Assembly: GCF_009914755.1 (NCBI RefSeq)
Contig: NC_060929.1
DNA: 64,000 nucleotides
Source of the DNA: the human T2T-CHM13v2.0 reference genome, Homo sapiens
Strand: one strand, 5' to 3'
In this document: in pieces, positions 14,498 to 28,975 of the stretch
Position numbering within the stretch: the stretch's first letter is position 1
Layout: the number at the start of each line of letters is the position of its first letter
Program-made: the position numbers and the translations under genes
Notes under the pieces: generated by a model
The model's database searches: none
What the model was told of the DNA's origin: nothing
Seen by the model: only the letters and a program-made list of their open reading frames with translations

Positions 14498-15439
14498 TAA
14501 CCCTCATCCACACTTTTTGCCTCGGGCACTTCGCTCTGGCTATCCCTTCCCTGGACATGCTTCCCCCTAACCCACAGGGCTGGCTGCCCCCTCTGCCCCA
14601 GGGATGGCTTCCTGACTGTCTTTGGTCCTTGGTGCCCAGGAGTGCTGCCCCATGGGATATTTGGGTCTCATTTGAAGTGGGTTCCCCACTGCCTACAGGG
14701 CGTGATGGGCACTGAATGTTTATTGAATGAATATTAAACTGGAGAGAGCTCCTCCATTGCCCAGAGCGCTGGCTGCTGCAAAGTCCAGCATTTTGGGCTA
14801 CCTCGATAAGACGGATGAGACCATTCAAGCTCCTAAAAGTGGTTGGTATGCTAAGGGTATTGGCTGCCTGTGACCCGAGTTCTATTCTGTGTCCCAGGAG
14901 GGTGCCAGGTTGGGCAGTTCCAGCACCAAGTCAGGGCCTGCCCAGGGTGTGTCTGCATCTTCCGAGGTCTGGCAACATCAGGATGGGGCTGGGTTTGTCT
15001 GTCTTATTCCAGAAGGCATATAGCTAAGGCATAGCTAAGATTTCAGCTGACAGTGGAGCATGTTTTAGGCCAGGTGAGCGTGGTTTCTCTCTGGGCACAT
15101 GACCCACTCCTGGGAGAGCTCTGTGTGGGGCAGATGGTGCTCACCATGCTGAGCCCAGATCTGCCAAAGTGCTCTGAGCCGATGCTGCAATTGCTTGTCA
15201 ATGATCCCACTTTGCAGGTTAAGTCTGCCACTCCTTGGCAGGCGGCGCCTCTAAAGCCATTGTCATCCAGAAGTAGGTGTGCTGCTCACTGGAGGCTCTG
15301 CAGTAATTTAAGGAAATAATTCAGCCGAGGAGCTGAGACAGCCTCTTCCTGGGCCCAGTGTCCAGATGGTTTTGGATGAAGCTTACACATGGGAAGCCAA
15401 TGTTTATCCCTCCACTCCTTCACTCTCCCATGTGTGCAT

Positions 15440-16470
15440 TCATCCATCCATTTGTCCATCCACTCATTCGTTCATTCCTCCTTCACCCACCTGTGGGTGC
15501 ATCCATCCATCCACTCATCCATCCATCCATCCATCCACATATCTACCCATCCTTCCGCCCATCCCTCCATTTACTCATCCATTCACCCATCCACTCACTC
15601 ATCCATCCATCAATCCACTCATCCATCCACCAACCATTCACGCATCAGCCATCCATCCATCTGTCCATTCACTCACTCACTCATTCATCCATCCATCCAT
15701 TCACTCATCCACCTATCCACTCATCCATATATCCATTCATTCACTCATCCATCCATCAGTTCACTCACCCACCCATCCATCAATCCACTCATCCATCCAT
15801 CCATTCACTTATCCATATATCCATTCATTCATCCATCCATCCATCAATCCACCCATCCAACTATTCACTCATCCATTCATCCAAGCCATCTATCCATCCA
15901 CTCATCCATCCATCAGTCCACTCATCCATCCAGCTATCCATTCACTCATCCATCCATCAATCCACTCATCCATCCATTCACCCATCCATCCATTCACCCA
16001 TCCACCTATCCATCCATCCACTCACTCACCCATCTATCAATCCACTCATCCATCTATCCATTCACTCATTCATATATCCATTCATTCATCCATCTATCCA
16101 TCCATCCATCCATCCACCCATCCATCCATTCACCCAAGCCATCCAGCCATCCACCCATCCATCCATTCACCCATCCATCCATCCATCCACCCATCCATCC
16201 ACTCGTCCATTCACCGAAACCATCCATCCATCCAAACCATCCATCCATCCATCCATCCACTCATCCACCCATCTGACCATTCACTCATCCATCCATCCAT
16301 CCACTTATCCATCCATCCACCCATCATCCATCCATCCATCCATTCACTCCATTCATCCATTCGCTCATCCACCCTTCCATCCATTTACTCATCCATTCAT
16401 CCATTCATCAATCCACGCATCCATCCATCTATCTATTCACTCATCCATCCATCCATCCACATGTCCATTC
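15440..16470. repeat. Degenerate (CCAT/CATT/CACT)n simple repeat, about 1 kb
   Basis: Almost G-free on the + strand; source of the HPSI pseudo-ORFs. Confidence 0.95.
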
Positions 16471-16707
16471 ACGTGCTCAGATCTGCAGGACTCTGCTGGG
16501 GACAGGCACTGGGGACACAGGAGGAATAAGACAGACAACCTCTGCCATTGTGGCATCAACCTGGTTGAGCCAAAAGACCTTGGAGGAGGAGGTGTCCTCA
16601 GGAGCTCAGAGGAGGAAGGCTCCGAGCTCAGGAAAGGTGGAGCAGGAGAGATGCTGAGTGTGAAGGGATGAAGCTGGGGTGAGTGCATGATTTGGGGGAG
16701 GGTGGAG

Positions 16708-16935
16708 TCTGGCATCCCAGGACCTGGTACCCTGAGACCTGGCACCCTGAGACCTGATACCCTGAGATCTAGCACCCTGAGATATGGCACTTCACGACCG
16801 GGCACCCTGAGGCCTGGCACTTGGAGATCTGGCATCCTGAGACCTGGCACCCTGAGACCTGGTACCCCAACACCTGGTACCCAGAAACCTGGCACGCCAA
16901 CACCTGGCACCCTGACACCTGGTATCCTGAGACTC
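16708..16935. repeat. 15-bp minisatellite (CCTGGCACCCTGAGA), about 15 copies
   Basis: 5-aa repeat RPGTL in the ORF track. Confidence 0.9.
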
Positions 16936-19900
16936 TTGTCTCAAGGGTGGGTGAGGAAAGCCTTGGTGGCTTCATCGTGCACTGAGACTCCTGGTTGTGG
17001 GACTCAGCCCAGACGCTGGGCAGATGATGTGCAGGATGGGAACCCCAACTCTAAACATGCCCCAGTGCAGCCCCTGGCTCCTGGAGAAGCCGGCAGTGGG
17101 GGTGGCCACGCTGGGAGAGCTCAGCCATTTCTGCAGTAGACATGAGGCTGGTTGGGTGCTGGAGCTTGGGCCCAGACAGGCATCTTAACAAGCCTGTGTG
17201 GTCACAGGGAGCGCCACACACGCCCAGAGGCGGGGAGCTCCTGGGGTGGCAGGGAGTGGGCTGGGGGGGCTGGCGGCCAAGAGTGACTCACCATCCCTGT
17301 CTCTCTCTCAGCCTCTGGCGGAGCTGCCAGGTACCCACAGGGAGCCCTGGTGGTTCCTTCCCTGCCCCGATGCTATCAGCACTTCCCAACCTTTGCCCCT
17401 TTCCTCAGGATTCTCCCGGGCGACACCTTAGCTCCAAACGCCATGGATTGTTTTATAGCCTACAGCTGATTCTCCGTGGGCAGCTCCTGGAAAATGAAAC
17501 TTCACCCCTTCAGGGCCAGACCCTCCCCTGTGGAGACTCCTGGGAGAGTCTTTGCTTCCAGGCCTCCCGTGATGGCTCCTGACTCCAAACCCACTGAGCA
17601 TACCTCTCCTGCCAGGACTGGGGTCCACAGGGCCCACTCACTGGTCCTCTCCTGGGAGGACTGGGTCCCCTGGGGACTTTGCTGACCACCCTGGCCTTCT
17701 AGGCCATCCTTGTCCCCAGAACCTCCTTTCCTATGCTTCTTCAAGGAGAACCTAAGGGCAGTTCAGCTGGAGTGGGTAGCAGATATGGTGAAGGGGTAGG
17801 TGCTGTGCGCATTGAGGGATTCCTGCCTCCAGGACCAGAGCACATGCAATAAAACCATTCACCCCAGGAGGTGAAGGTGACCCACAGCTGCCCTCACAGC
17901 CTGGGCACTGAGTGCCCGGTGGAAGGCTGCACCTGGGAGAAATCCACAGCTTAGGCAGGTGGTCTAGGCAGTGTCACACCCCCAGTGGCGGAGGCTCCCT
18001 GGGACACGCTGGGTAAGACAGCGGGGGTCCGGGAGTCAAGTGTCGGGTGAGGACGACCTCCTGCACCCACCCAGACAACAAGGAAGCACCCAGTGCCTCA
18101 GATTTGGGGCCGGGAGCAGGGAACCTGGCGCTCAGGGATCTGGGTCTTGACCCTGTCCAGTTAAGGAGGAGGTGCTGGAACCCCAAGGCTGAAGCTCCTG
18201 CAGAAAAGCATTCCCACACTCCCACAGTGGGGGTAACGCCGCTCAGAGGGGGGTGGGGGGGCTGCGCCGCTCAGAGCAGGGGGCTGCACTCCTGACCCTG
18301 TGCCCTAGCGTCCTCCTGACCCTCCTACGGCTGCGCGAGGCACTGCAGACTCCAGATACCCGTCTCGCTCCTGCCTGCCCTTCCAGCCAGGGTTCACCAA
18401 GATGTGGGGCGGCCTGGGCCTCCGCCATCACATCCCTCAGCAACACAAGCTCCACTTCGAGAGCCTGCCCCCACCGCCCCCACCCAGCCCCACTGTCCTG
18501 GTTTCCCCGTGGGCAGTCACTGCCGCTGCTCAGGTCCTAACCCTCAAGGCGCCACCTCCCTGAGCCAGCGCTGCCCAGCTCTGGAGTTCAGGCCCCATGG
18601 GATGTCAGCTCCCACACCTCCTGTGCGTCCACGACCCAAGGGGTACCCACGGCCAGACGCCTGGGGACAAATAGACCCAGCTGGGCCTAGAATCCACTCC
18701 CGGCCCCAGCCCCTCCCCGGTTTCCGACATCTCAAAATTGTAACTCCCCCAGTTCCCTTTTGGTCGGGTCCTGTCGCTCATGTGTGGCTCAGAGCTGCAG
18801 GGCGAGGTCAGCGCAGCAGAGCCCCCCGAAGGGTTGAGAACAGGATGGGACCAGGAGGTCTGGCCCCTGCTGTGTCACTGATGACCCTGTGACATCCCCA
18901 CTCCTGCTTCAAGGAGGCCCTGCTGTCCACCGCCCTGATGCCCAAGGGAAGCTCCCCACCATCCTCCCGGAATCTCCCCGGTGCCATTCTCTGCCCCATG
19001 GCCAGGCAGTCGTCTGAGAACTCAGATCTGACCACATCCACTCCTCACCACGACGCTAGGTGGGGACCAAAGTCCTCCAAGGCCTGTAGCTGAGTTGCTC
19101 GGGCCTCCCTCTGCCTCCCCAGGGACCCACCCTGGGCCTCCTCCTCTGGCTTCTGACACCCCCGCCTCCCTCTCCTTCCAGGGGCCCATTGCTTGCAGTC
19201 CTGACACCTGCCACTGCCTGGATCCCACCCCAGGGCCCCCACCCAGTGCTGCCAGGCCTGGCAGTCTCTGCAAGGCACAGCCTCAGCCCCCAGAGGAAGC
19301 CCAGGAAGGAAGGAAAGCCTGGCCCAGGGTTCCCAACACGGACGGTGCAGGGTGAGGCGGGGATTCTGGTGGGCACCTAAGGCCTAGAGTGGCCCTGGTG
19401 CGGGTGGCTGCAGGCTGGGGGCCCCCAAGGGGCACAGGAGGAAGCCCCCTCACCCTGCCTGAGGCAGACACTAGGCCCTGCCGCCTCCACTGCTAAAGAC
19501 TTCCTCGTCCTCTCAGTCTGGGAGGTCTGCGCTGTGGAGTGGCTCCGTGGCCTCGGCCCCTGCCTCCCCTTCTGCATTTTAAAAAGATGCTGTAAAAGGC
19601 AGGGGAACCCCAGTGCACACAAATAGGGGGCTTGTGGGGAGCCCTTGCCGGAGCCAGACACGCGGCCTGAGGCTGGTGGGCCAACAGCAGCACCTGTTCC
19701 TTGCCCAGGCTCCTGGGCCACCTGCTGAGGCCCCAGCCCCAGTGTTTGCTTGAGGCAGCTCTGGCCCTCTGGCCATCCTCTGTCCCAAGCTGCCTGGAGT
19801 AGAAATCTCCTGGGATCAACATTGCTGTGGGTTTCAGGGTACCCGGACTCTTATTTCCCCAACCAGGTTACAAATGGCTTGAAGAAGGCTGGGGCTGTGA

Positions 19901-20899
19901 GTTAGAAACTCTCAGGATGTGTGAGAAATTCAACAAATGTTTGGAAAAGCAACAGGAATGGCAGCTCTTTTCTGCTGGAAGAGACATTTCTGTTCGTGTA
20001 ACTTGAGACTGAAAGAGTGTGGCCAACCCCTGACCATTTTAAACAACAAAATGTGCCAAGCAGCTTAGTAGGTTCAGACCCCAGTCCGGGGGCTGTGGGC
20101 ATGTGGAGGAGGCTGGGTGAAACTGGAGAAGTTCCCGCTGTGGTGCAGGCTTGGGCCCCGGTGTCTGTGAAGGCCTGGACCTGAGGGTCCTCTGGGAACA
20201 CAGGTCGTGCACCTGAGGCTGGCTGCACAAGGAGGACGGTCTGGGCCAGTGGAATCTGAGAAGTCCAGAGTTCACAGGGAAGGGGTTGGGGGAGGAAGCA
20301 CACAGGGAGGGCTGGGGGCTGTGTTCAAGAGGTGTGGCTGGCAGAGAGGGGATGGAGGGTGGGACACCCTGGGGGCCAATCCGGGCAGACCCAGAGCAGA
20401 CCTCAGCTGTCACTGCCGGGGCTGCAGAGTGCACAGTGGGTTGAGGGGACGACAGGGAGCGTAAAGGGCAGGTCTGGAGAGGGTCTGCGCCTGTGGGATA
20501 CCGCGATGAGCTCCCACAGCTGCACAGGGTAAGGCTCTCGCCTTCCCAGGTGGAGCCAACAATCCGAGACAAAGACAGCCGCTGAGTGCTATCAGGGTGG
20601 GCCTTTGTAAAGGACCGCCCTGCCCCGGGGAGTTGCTGCTGGAGCCGGCAGCCTCCCCGCCCTCAAGGACGTCTTCCCAGAACCAGTCCAAGTGTTTGGG
20701 AGACCTGAAGGCTTTTCCCTGTGAATAACAAACTCTGAGGCCAGGCAAAGCCCTGGTCAGTGTGCCTTATCTGCCGGCTCCCAGGCGGGGCTGGCTGGTG
20801 CCTGGCGGCTGTCATTGGACCTTCAGATGCCAGATTCTGACTCTGTACACTGGGCTAAACTGGGAGAGGCCCCAGCTTGTACAGAAATTAGATATTCAC

Positions 20900-21190
20900 G
20901 GCCGGGCGCGGTGGCTCACGCCTGTCATCCCAGCACTTTGGGAGGCCGAGGCGGGTGGATCACCTGAGGTCTGGAGTTCAAGACCAGCCTGACCAACATG
21001 GAGAAACCCTGTCTGTACTAAAAATACAAATTAGCTGGGCGTGGTGGCTCATGCCTGTAATCCCAGCTACTCGGGAGGCTGAGGCAGGATGTGGAGGTTG
21101 CAGTGAGCCGAGATCGCGTCATTGCACTCCAGCCTGGGCAACAAGAGCAAAATTCTATCTCAAAAAAAAAAAAAAAAGAAAAAAAAAGAA
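20900..21190 (+). mobile_element. AluSp/Sq-like
   Basis: GACCAGCCTGACCAACATGGAGAAACCC, short right-arm deletion, A-tail. Confidence 0.9.
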
Positions 21191-22138
21191 ATTACCTTTT
21201 CAGTTTACACCAGGGGGGCACTCCCGTCAGAGGAAAGCAGGGTGAGCTTTAGGACTGGGCGGCCGCAGAGCCCAGGTTGAGTCTGGACCTCCCTGATGCC
21301 CCAGGGGCCCTTCTCAAGGAAATCAACTGTAGGAGGCAGCCAGCCTCAGAGACTCCCCCCCGGCCAGCATCCCAAGCCCCCAGTGGAAAGCCCAGGGAGG
21401 ACAGCCTGAGCCTGGAGAGCAGGCAGCCCGGCGGGGAGCTGAAAGACACCAGGGCGAGGAGGAGGCTGCGGAGAAGGGAGGAGGCGGGAGGGCTCAGAAG
21501 AGCCCTTATGAGACAGAAAGCAAACACACAAGGGGCCTGAAGGGGAGGGGAGACCCTGGCATAAATAGGGCAGGCGGCAGGCGTCACTGAAGGAAAAGGC
21601 GCCTTCTCCAATCAAGCCTGCTGGGCGTACCAGGTTCCACCAAGGCCAAGGTCCTCTCAGCTGTTCTCCCCGGAGCCTGTCCCTCCCCTGTCCTGCGTGG
21701 GCGCCCCTCCTCGGCCCCAGCATCGAAACCTCCTCTCGCCCCAGTCCAAAGCTGCTCTGGAAACCTGCCGCGGCGCCTGCTGCTCTGATCTTGCTTCTCC
21801 TGGCCCCACTCGGGCCCCCTAATCCCCCCTCCACACGAGTGACCACCTCCCTGCCACCCCTGGAGAGACCCTACCCTGTGGACCAACACATGAAACTTTG
21901 ATCCCCATGAGCTCCTCAGGAAGCTGACCTTCCTGTCACCTTGCCAGGAGCTACCTGCCGTGCCCACATTACTGGTTCATTGGCGCCGGTTAAGAAGAAG
22001 AGAAATCTGACCGACCGGGATTTTCTAAAAAAAAAAAAAAAAAAGGAGGCCCGCCAATGGGAACGCTGCGCCTGTAGGGAGGATTCTGCTGGGTTTCATG
22101 CGGGTAGCACCGCTTTTCTTTTCTGCCCTTGTAACTCA

Positions 22139-23581
<1,443 letters not shown>

Positions 23582-26500
23582 TTAAGCATCTCAGGCTCCA
23601 CTGTGCAAACCACACCCCTGTTTTCCTCCAAGCCCACCCTGCAGCCTTCCAGCCCCAGACCTGGGACGCAGGTGGACTTCTTTCGCTCACAAGGTTTCCA
23701 AGCTCTTAGCATATCTGCTCTACTTTCAAAATGTGCACAAAACCAGCGGCTTCTGGGAGCCTGCAGCCACCTGCAAAGGCTCCTGCTCGGCCCTCTACCT
23801 GCCCCTTCAGTCCCTCCTATTGGGACCCTCCCTCTCAGAGGAAAGGCTCAACGTCTCCCAGGAGCTCAGACCCCAGCCACTGCCTGACCCCCACCCCCAT
23901 GCACTCCACGGCCCACACCAGCAATCGGCGCCTCTCGGGGCCTTTGCACGCCCTGCTCCCTCTGTTTGGACGGCTCTTGTGTGCTCCCTTCCTCAGCTCC
24001 CCAGGGGCTTGGCTCCAATGCCACCTTCTGGTCCCACCCGATACCCACTCAGCTCACAACTGTGGCAGCTAAGCTCCCGCCTCCCCTGCTTACTCGGTTG
24101 GCTCCGGGAATCAGCTCACCTCCCAGCCCTGGGGGCTGCTGGCTTTGACCTTGAGCTGTCTGCCCTCACCCTGGGAATGTCTGCTCCACGAGCAAGGGGC
24201 TCATGCATACATCCCAGGAGCTTGGAAGATAGCTGGGCACACAATAGCACTCGCAAGATAGTGGCTGAGCGGATGGATGATAGATGGATGGAAGGACAGA
24301 TAGGTGGACAAAGGGCAGGTGGGTGGTGGGGTGGGTGCAGATGGAGGATGGATGTGTCTTCTGACATCTGAGTGGGGGCTGCGGGGCCCTGAGGAGGACA
24401 GTGCTGAGTTCAATGACTTCACCCTGCAAGGGCCCCAGTTTCATGCTAATGGAAGTGGCCCGTGTAGCACAGGGAAGGTGCATTCAGATGGTGCTCGCCT
24501 GGTGACTCGGCTGCTGAGTGGCGTGGAGGGAGGGCAGCCCTGGCCTGGGCCACTGCAGGGTCTGGACAGGGCACCGGGGGAGTGGAAGTGTGTGACTGGC
24601 CACTAGTATGGTCTTGCGAGGTGGGAGCATCGGAGTCGCTCTTGGCCTGTGTCCCTGCCCCACCTGTCTCTGTCCCCCACTCCACTCCCAGCCTCTTGTC
24701 CCAGAGAAAAAGCCAGCAGGACAAGAACAGGATTCCCTCCAGTCCGGAGCTTCCCTGCTCTTTCCTTATGGTTCCTGGGTGGAGCCGTTAGGAACGACGT
24801 CCTCTCTGAAGATGTTGCCCTTGCATTCCACAGGAAGGCCAAATTTCCACCAGACCAGTGTGTTCCATGATGCCCACTGGACCTCCGGCCACCCCACCCC
24901 CCAACCAGCCTGTCCTAAGAGCCGACAACCTTTCTCCACAAAGCTGTTCAAAGGGCAGAAGAGCAGTGTCACTGCCTGGAAGGACAAATCCAGAACAGAC
25001 ACCAGTGCCAGGCGCTGGCCATCAGGTAGTGTGCTGCCCACACCTCCACTGCCCCCCACAGCAGGAAGGGCTGCCTCATGGAGAATAGAAAGGCAATGAG
25101 CCCCTGAAGTGGCGTGGCCAGAACAAGGCACACCCCACTGCCCACGAGTCCTGCCAGGGCACACCCCACTGCCCACGAGTCCCTGCACAGGTGAGAAGTG
25201 TGGCTGTTTGGCAGCATCTCAATCTGTGAGCATTTGGAGGATGAAATGCGTCTGCACTCCAAGGTTGCTGGAGGGCTCGGGGCAGACGGGCGCTGCCCCA
25301 GCCTGTGATGGGCATGGCCTTGAGGATGCCAGCCTCATGCAGAAGCCAGTCTAGGGGATTATACAGGGTGTGCACACCCACTCCCCTACCCTCGGACTGG
25401 AGCCACAAAACCCTCCCTCTAACTGGGTCGTGGTTTTAGGCAGGGCCGTGGCACCCCACCACTGCAGGGGCCACCATCCATATCAGGCAGACTGTATGAA
25501 CCGTGCCCCTTGGAATTGTACAGTGCACAACCTGCACATCCTCATGGCCAAAAAGACCCAGAGACTTGTGTGTGTGTGTGAGGGGGTCTTGGGAAGTATC
25601 CTGAGAACATTCCTGTCCTGTGGGTGGTGACGATCTGATAACTGCCCGACCACTTCCTGCCTCAGGCAGGCACGCATAGCATTCTGGATCCTTCCACCGT
25701 GGCCTGGACCCCTTGTGGTCCAGGGACCCCCTGCACGTATGGGGAAGGGGCGTGGCTGTAAAACATTCAAAAATGTGGAAATAATGCAAAAGCCAGTCGG
25801 AAAACAACTGTAATCTTATACCCAGCTGCCACAGCATCTGAACTTCAGGATTAAGAAAATAAAACTGAAAACACCTAGTCTGTCACATTAATTTCCTGTC
25901 ATGAATTCCACATACGGCTTGTGAAAGTGTCTTGTGGATGAAGAGGCGCATCCATTCATACTGTTGTTAACAATATTTAAGAGAAGAAAGTTAAGTTTTT
26001 AAGTAACTTCCAATGCTTGAAGCCAGGCAGGAGACAGGCATCACTGCCCACTCTAAGTTTATTTTTCAACCCAAAGTTGTCAGGGGCCAGGTCTTCTTAA
26101 GGAAGGTTTTATTCCACTGGGAGCCACACCTGCTGGCCTTCCCTTGGTCCACACCTGCTGTGTGCCAGGCACATCTCAGCTTCAGGCAAGAGGCCCCTCT
26201 GGGAGATGCCCTTCCAGGAAAGAGACCACCGCGCCCCCCCGTCATGCCACCTCCCGTCAATGCCACTCTTATTGGTTGTTGGATCCGGGGGATACAAATG
26301 TCTTTCTCAAAAGCAGATTAGAGCTCAGCCCTTCCCTTCCCGGGTGGCCTCTGAGGCCTCAGGTGGGACCTTTCCTCTTCTTCAGAGATGGACAGACTCT
26401 TGACCAGCCTGGAGCTGGAGGGCCTGCAGGACTTGAGGCCCGCGCTCTGGTCCGTCCTGTCCGTGTTGGGCCTGGGGTCTCCTCACCCGCGGAGACTCAC

Positions 26501-26589
26501 CTTTCCTGGCTCCCTGAGGGCACCAGCCCGGGTTGGAGTCAGACCCCCCCACTGTGACACCCCTGCGGGGGTAGCTCAGGGCCTGTGTC

Positions 26590-27300
26590 TGAAGCGGCAG
26601 CTCCCCCCGTGGGTTGGGTGGGGAGTTCAGGGGCCCCGGGGTTGGGTGGGGAGCTCAGGGGCCCCGGGGTTGGGTGGGGAGCTCAGGGGCCGGGGGCTGC
26701 GCCGGGAGGGGCGAAGGGCTGGGGACGGCGCCGCAGGAGAGTCTCTGTGCCCCGCAGTCCACCCCAGGGCAATGGCGCGGGGGACCTGGCAAGGCCCGGC
26801 AGGCCCTCCCAGCACCGTCCCCGGCCGGCCCGTCAGTGCCCGTCGGGGTCGCGCGTCCTCCCTTCCGCCCTCGGGGACAGCCCGGCCGGCCACGCCGCCG
26901 AACTCGCCATGGGCCTCTCTCCGCATCCGCATGTGCATCCGCAACCGCTTCCGTCCCGCTGAGCGCACGAACCCTCTCGCTCCTGTCCCTCCCGCCCCGC
27001 CCGCCCCGCCCGCCCCGGACGCCTCTGCTGCGGTGTCTTAGCGGTCCGCGGACAGGCGACCTCCCCCGTGGACGCCCCTCTCCCGGCCGCCGCCCCGCCC
27101 CGCGCCCCGCTCCCCCGCGCCCCTGGGCCGAGACCTCCGGTCGCCTCGCCCCGTCTCCGGCCACGAAAGGCGCTGCGGACCTGGCGGTCACGCGCGAAGC
27201 CAGTGGCCTCCCCCCGCCCGGGGCTCCGGGATCCGGGCACCAACAGACCCGGAGGGACCGCGCCGCCCCGGGCAAACCCGCCCACCCCGTTGCCCAACAC
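26590..27300. promoter_or_regulatory. Second CpG island about 4 kb upstream of SLC9A3
   Basis: Dense CpG; tandem GC boxes CCCGCCCCGCCCGCCCCGCCCGCCCC near 26991-27016; 28-bp G-rich repeat x3 at 26611-26690. Confidence 0.8.
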
Positions 27301-27342
27301 AACTGGAAGCACTAAAACCGAATCCAACCGTGTGCAGAGACC

Positions 27343-27500
27343 AGCCCAGCGCTCTGGGAGGCCCAGGCAGAAGGATCACTTGAGGCTGGGAGCTCGAGAC
27401 CAGCCTGGGCCACATAGTGAGACCCTGTCTCTAAAAAACATAATAAAAAACAGTAGCCGAGTGGTGGCGCTCGCCTGTGGCCCCCGCATTTCGGGAGGGG
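27343..27500 (+). mobile_element. AluJ/FLAM fragment
   Basis: CCCAGCGCTCTGGGAGGCC..GGATCACTTGAGGCTGGGAGCTCGAGACCAGCCTGGGCCACATAGTGAGACCC. Confidence 0.8.
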
Positions 27501-27879
27501 AAACCCTTGGGAAACGTAGAATAGAAGCAGATTCCTTTAAGCTGATAGGTAGCATCTGTAAGGCCGGCAGGAGCAGGTGCTGGCACTCAGGAAGCCTCCT
27601 CTGAAGCAGGAACGTTTGCCACCTGCCCCCACCCTCAGCCTCATCTTTGGAGCAGGTGCTGGCACTCAGGAAGGCTCCTCTGAGGCAGGAACCTCGGCCA
27701 CCGGCCCCCACCCTCAGCCCCATCTTCAGGATGCAAGACAGCTCCCGCCTGTAGGCAGCACAGAGGTCTTCCTCGCACACTCTCAGAACCGGCAAGAGTT
27801 AGCTCAGCAAGGCTGCTGGCTACAAAGCCAACAAGCCACCGTGAACTGGGTTTCTATGCACGAACAACACACTTTTTAG

Positions 27880-28825
27880 AAAATGAAAGCTAATTTAACA
27901 GTACTATTCATGCAGCATCAAAAATATGAAATACCTAGGAAAAAAAAATCTAGCAAGGGGTGTGGCGGAAATTTATAGGATAATTCAACAGTGAAACCAA
28001 ATGGACATGGAGCTTTCTTTGTGGAAAGGTTTTAAATGATGGATTTAATTAATAAATATTAGGCTGTTTGGACTTTTCTTTTTGTGTCCATTTTGATAAA
28101 TCATATTTTTTGACTTTTTGTCTTAATTCTGATAAATTGTACTTTTCAAGAAATGTGTTCATTGCATCAAAAATTCATGTTTATTGATGTAAAGCACATA
28201 ATGTGATTGTAATCTCCCCTGTGTCCATAAGACTCTGCAGTGATGTCTCCCTTTTGTACCTCCTGGCGATGATTTTTGTTTTCTCTTTTTTAATGATCAA
28301 CATTGCTGGGAGGTTTATCAACTTTATTCATCTTCTCACAGAACCAGATTTTGGTCTTGTTGATTTTCTCTGATTTATATCTGTCTTCTCTTTCATACAT
28401 TTTACTATGATTTCCTTCCTTCTGCTTTGCCTTTATTTTGATGTCCTTTTTCTAGTTTCTTGAGCTGAAAGCATAGGTCATTGGTTTCAGCATTTCCCCT
28501 TTTTAAATGTGGAACTTTTTCAATAAGCTGTGGATTTCCCTTTGGTGGCTAGTTTTGCATATCCTGGAGGCTTTTTCATATGCTGTGTGTTCCTCATTCA
28601 GCTCAAGACATTGTATCCTGGACGCTTTTATATGCTGTGTGTTCCTCATTCAGCTCAAGACATTTTCTGATTTCTACTGTGGCTCCTTTGACATATGGGT
28701 TATTTAGAAGTGTGTTGCTTAATCCACAATTGCTTAATTTCTAAACATTTGGAGATTCTCCTCTTATCTTTCTCTTACTGAATCTACTGTAATTCCACTC
28801 AGCCCAGAGAACACAGGCTGTGTGA
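27880..28825 (-). mobile_element. Old L1M ORF2 fragment (mostly antisense)
   Basis: T-rich tract with L1 motifs CAGTGAAACCA..TGG...TTTCTTTGTGGAAAGGTTTTAAAT and TTATTTAGAAGTGTGTTGCTTAAT. Confidence 0.75.
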
Positions 28826-28975
28826 CCTCAGTCCTCTTATGTTTGGCGAAAGGCGCTTTGCGGGAGGAACCTGGACCTCAGTCCTCTTATGTTTGGCGAA
28901 AGGCGCTTTGCGGGAGGAACCTGGACCTCAGTCCTCTTATGTTTGGCAAAAGGCGCTTTGTAGGAGGAACCTGGT
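28824..28975. repeat. 50-bp tandem repeat x3
   Basis: GACCTCAGTCCTCTTATGTTTGGC at 28824, 28874 and 28924. Confidence 0.92.

Noticed and set aside
15358-16671. 437/387/295-aa His-Pro-Ser-Ile ORFs
   Set aside because: Translations of a (CCAT)n repeat that lacks stops in all + frames.
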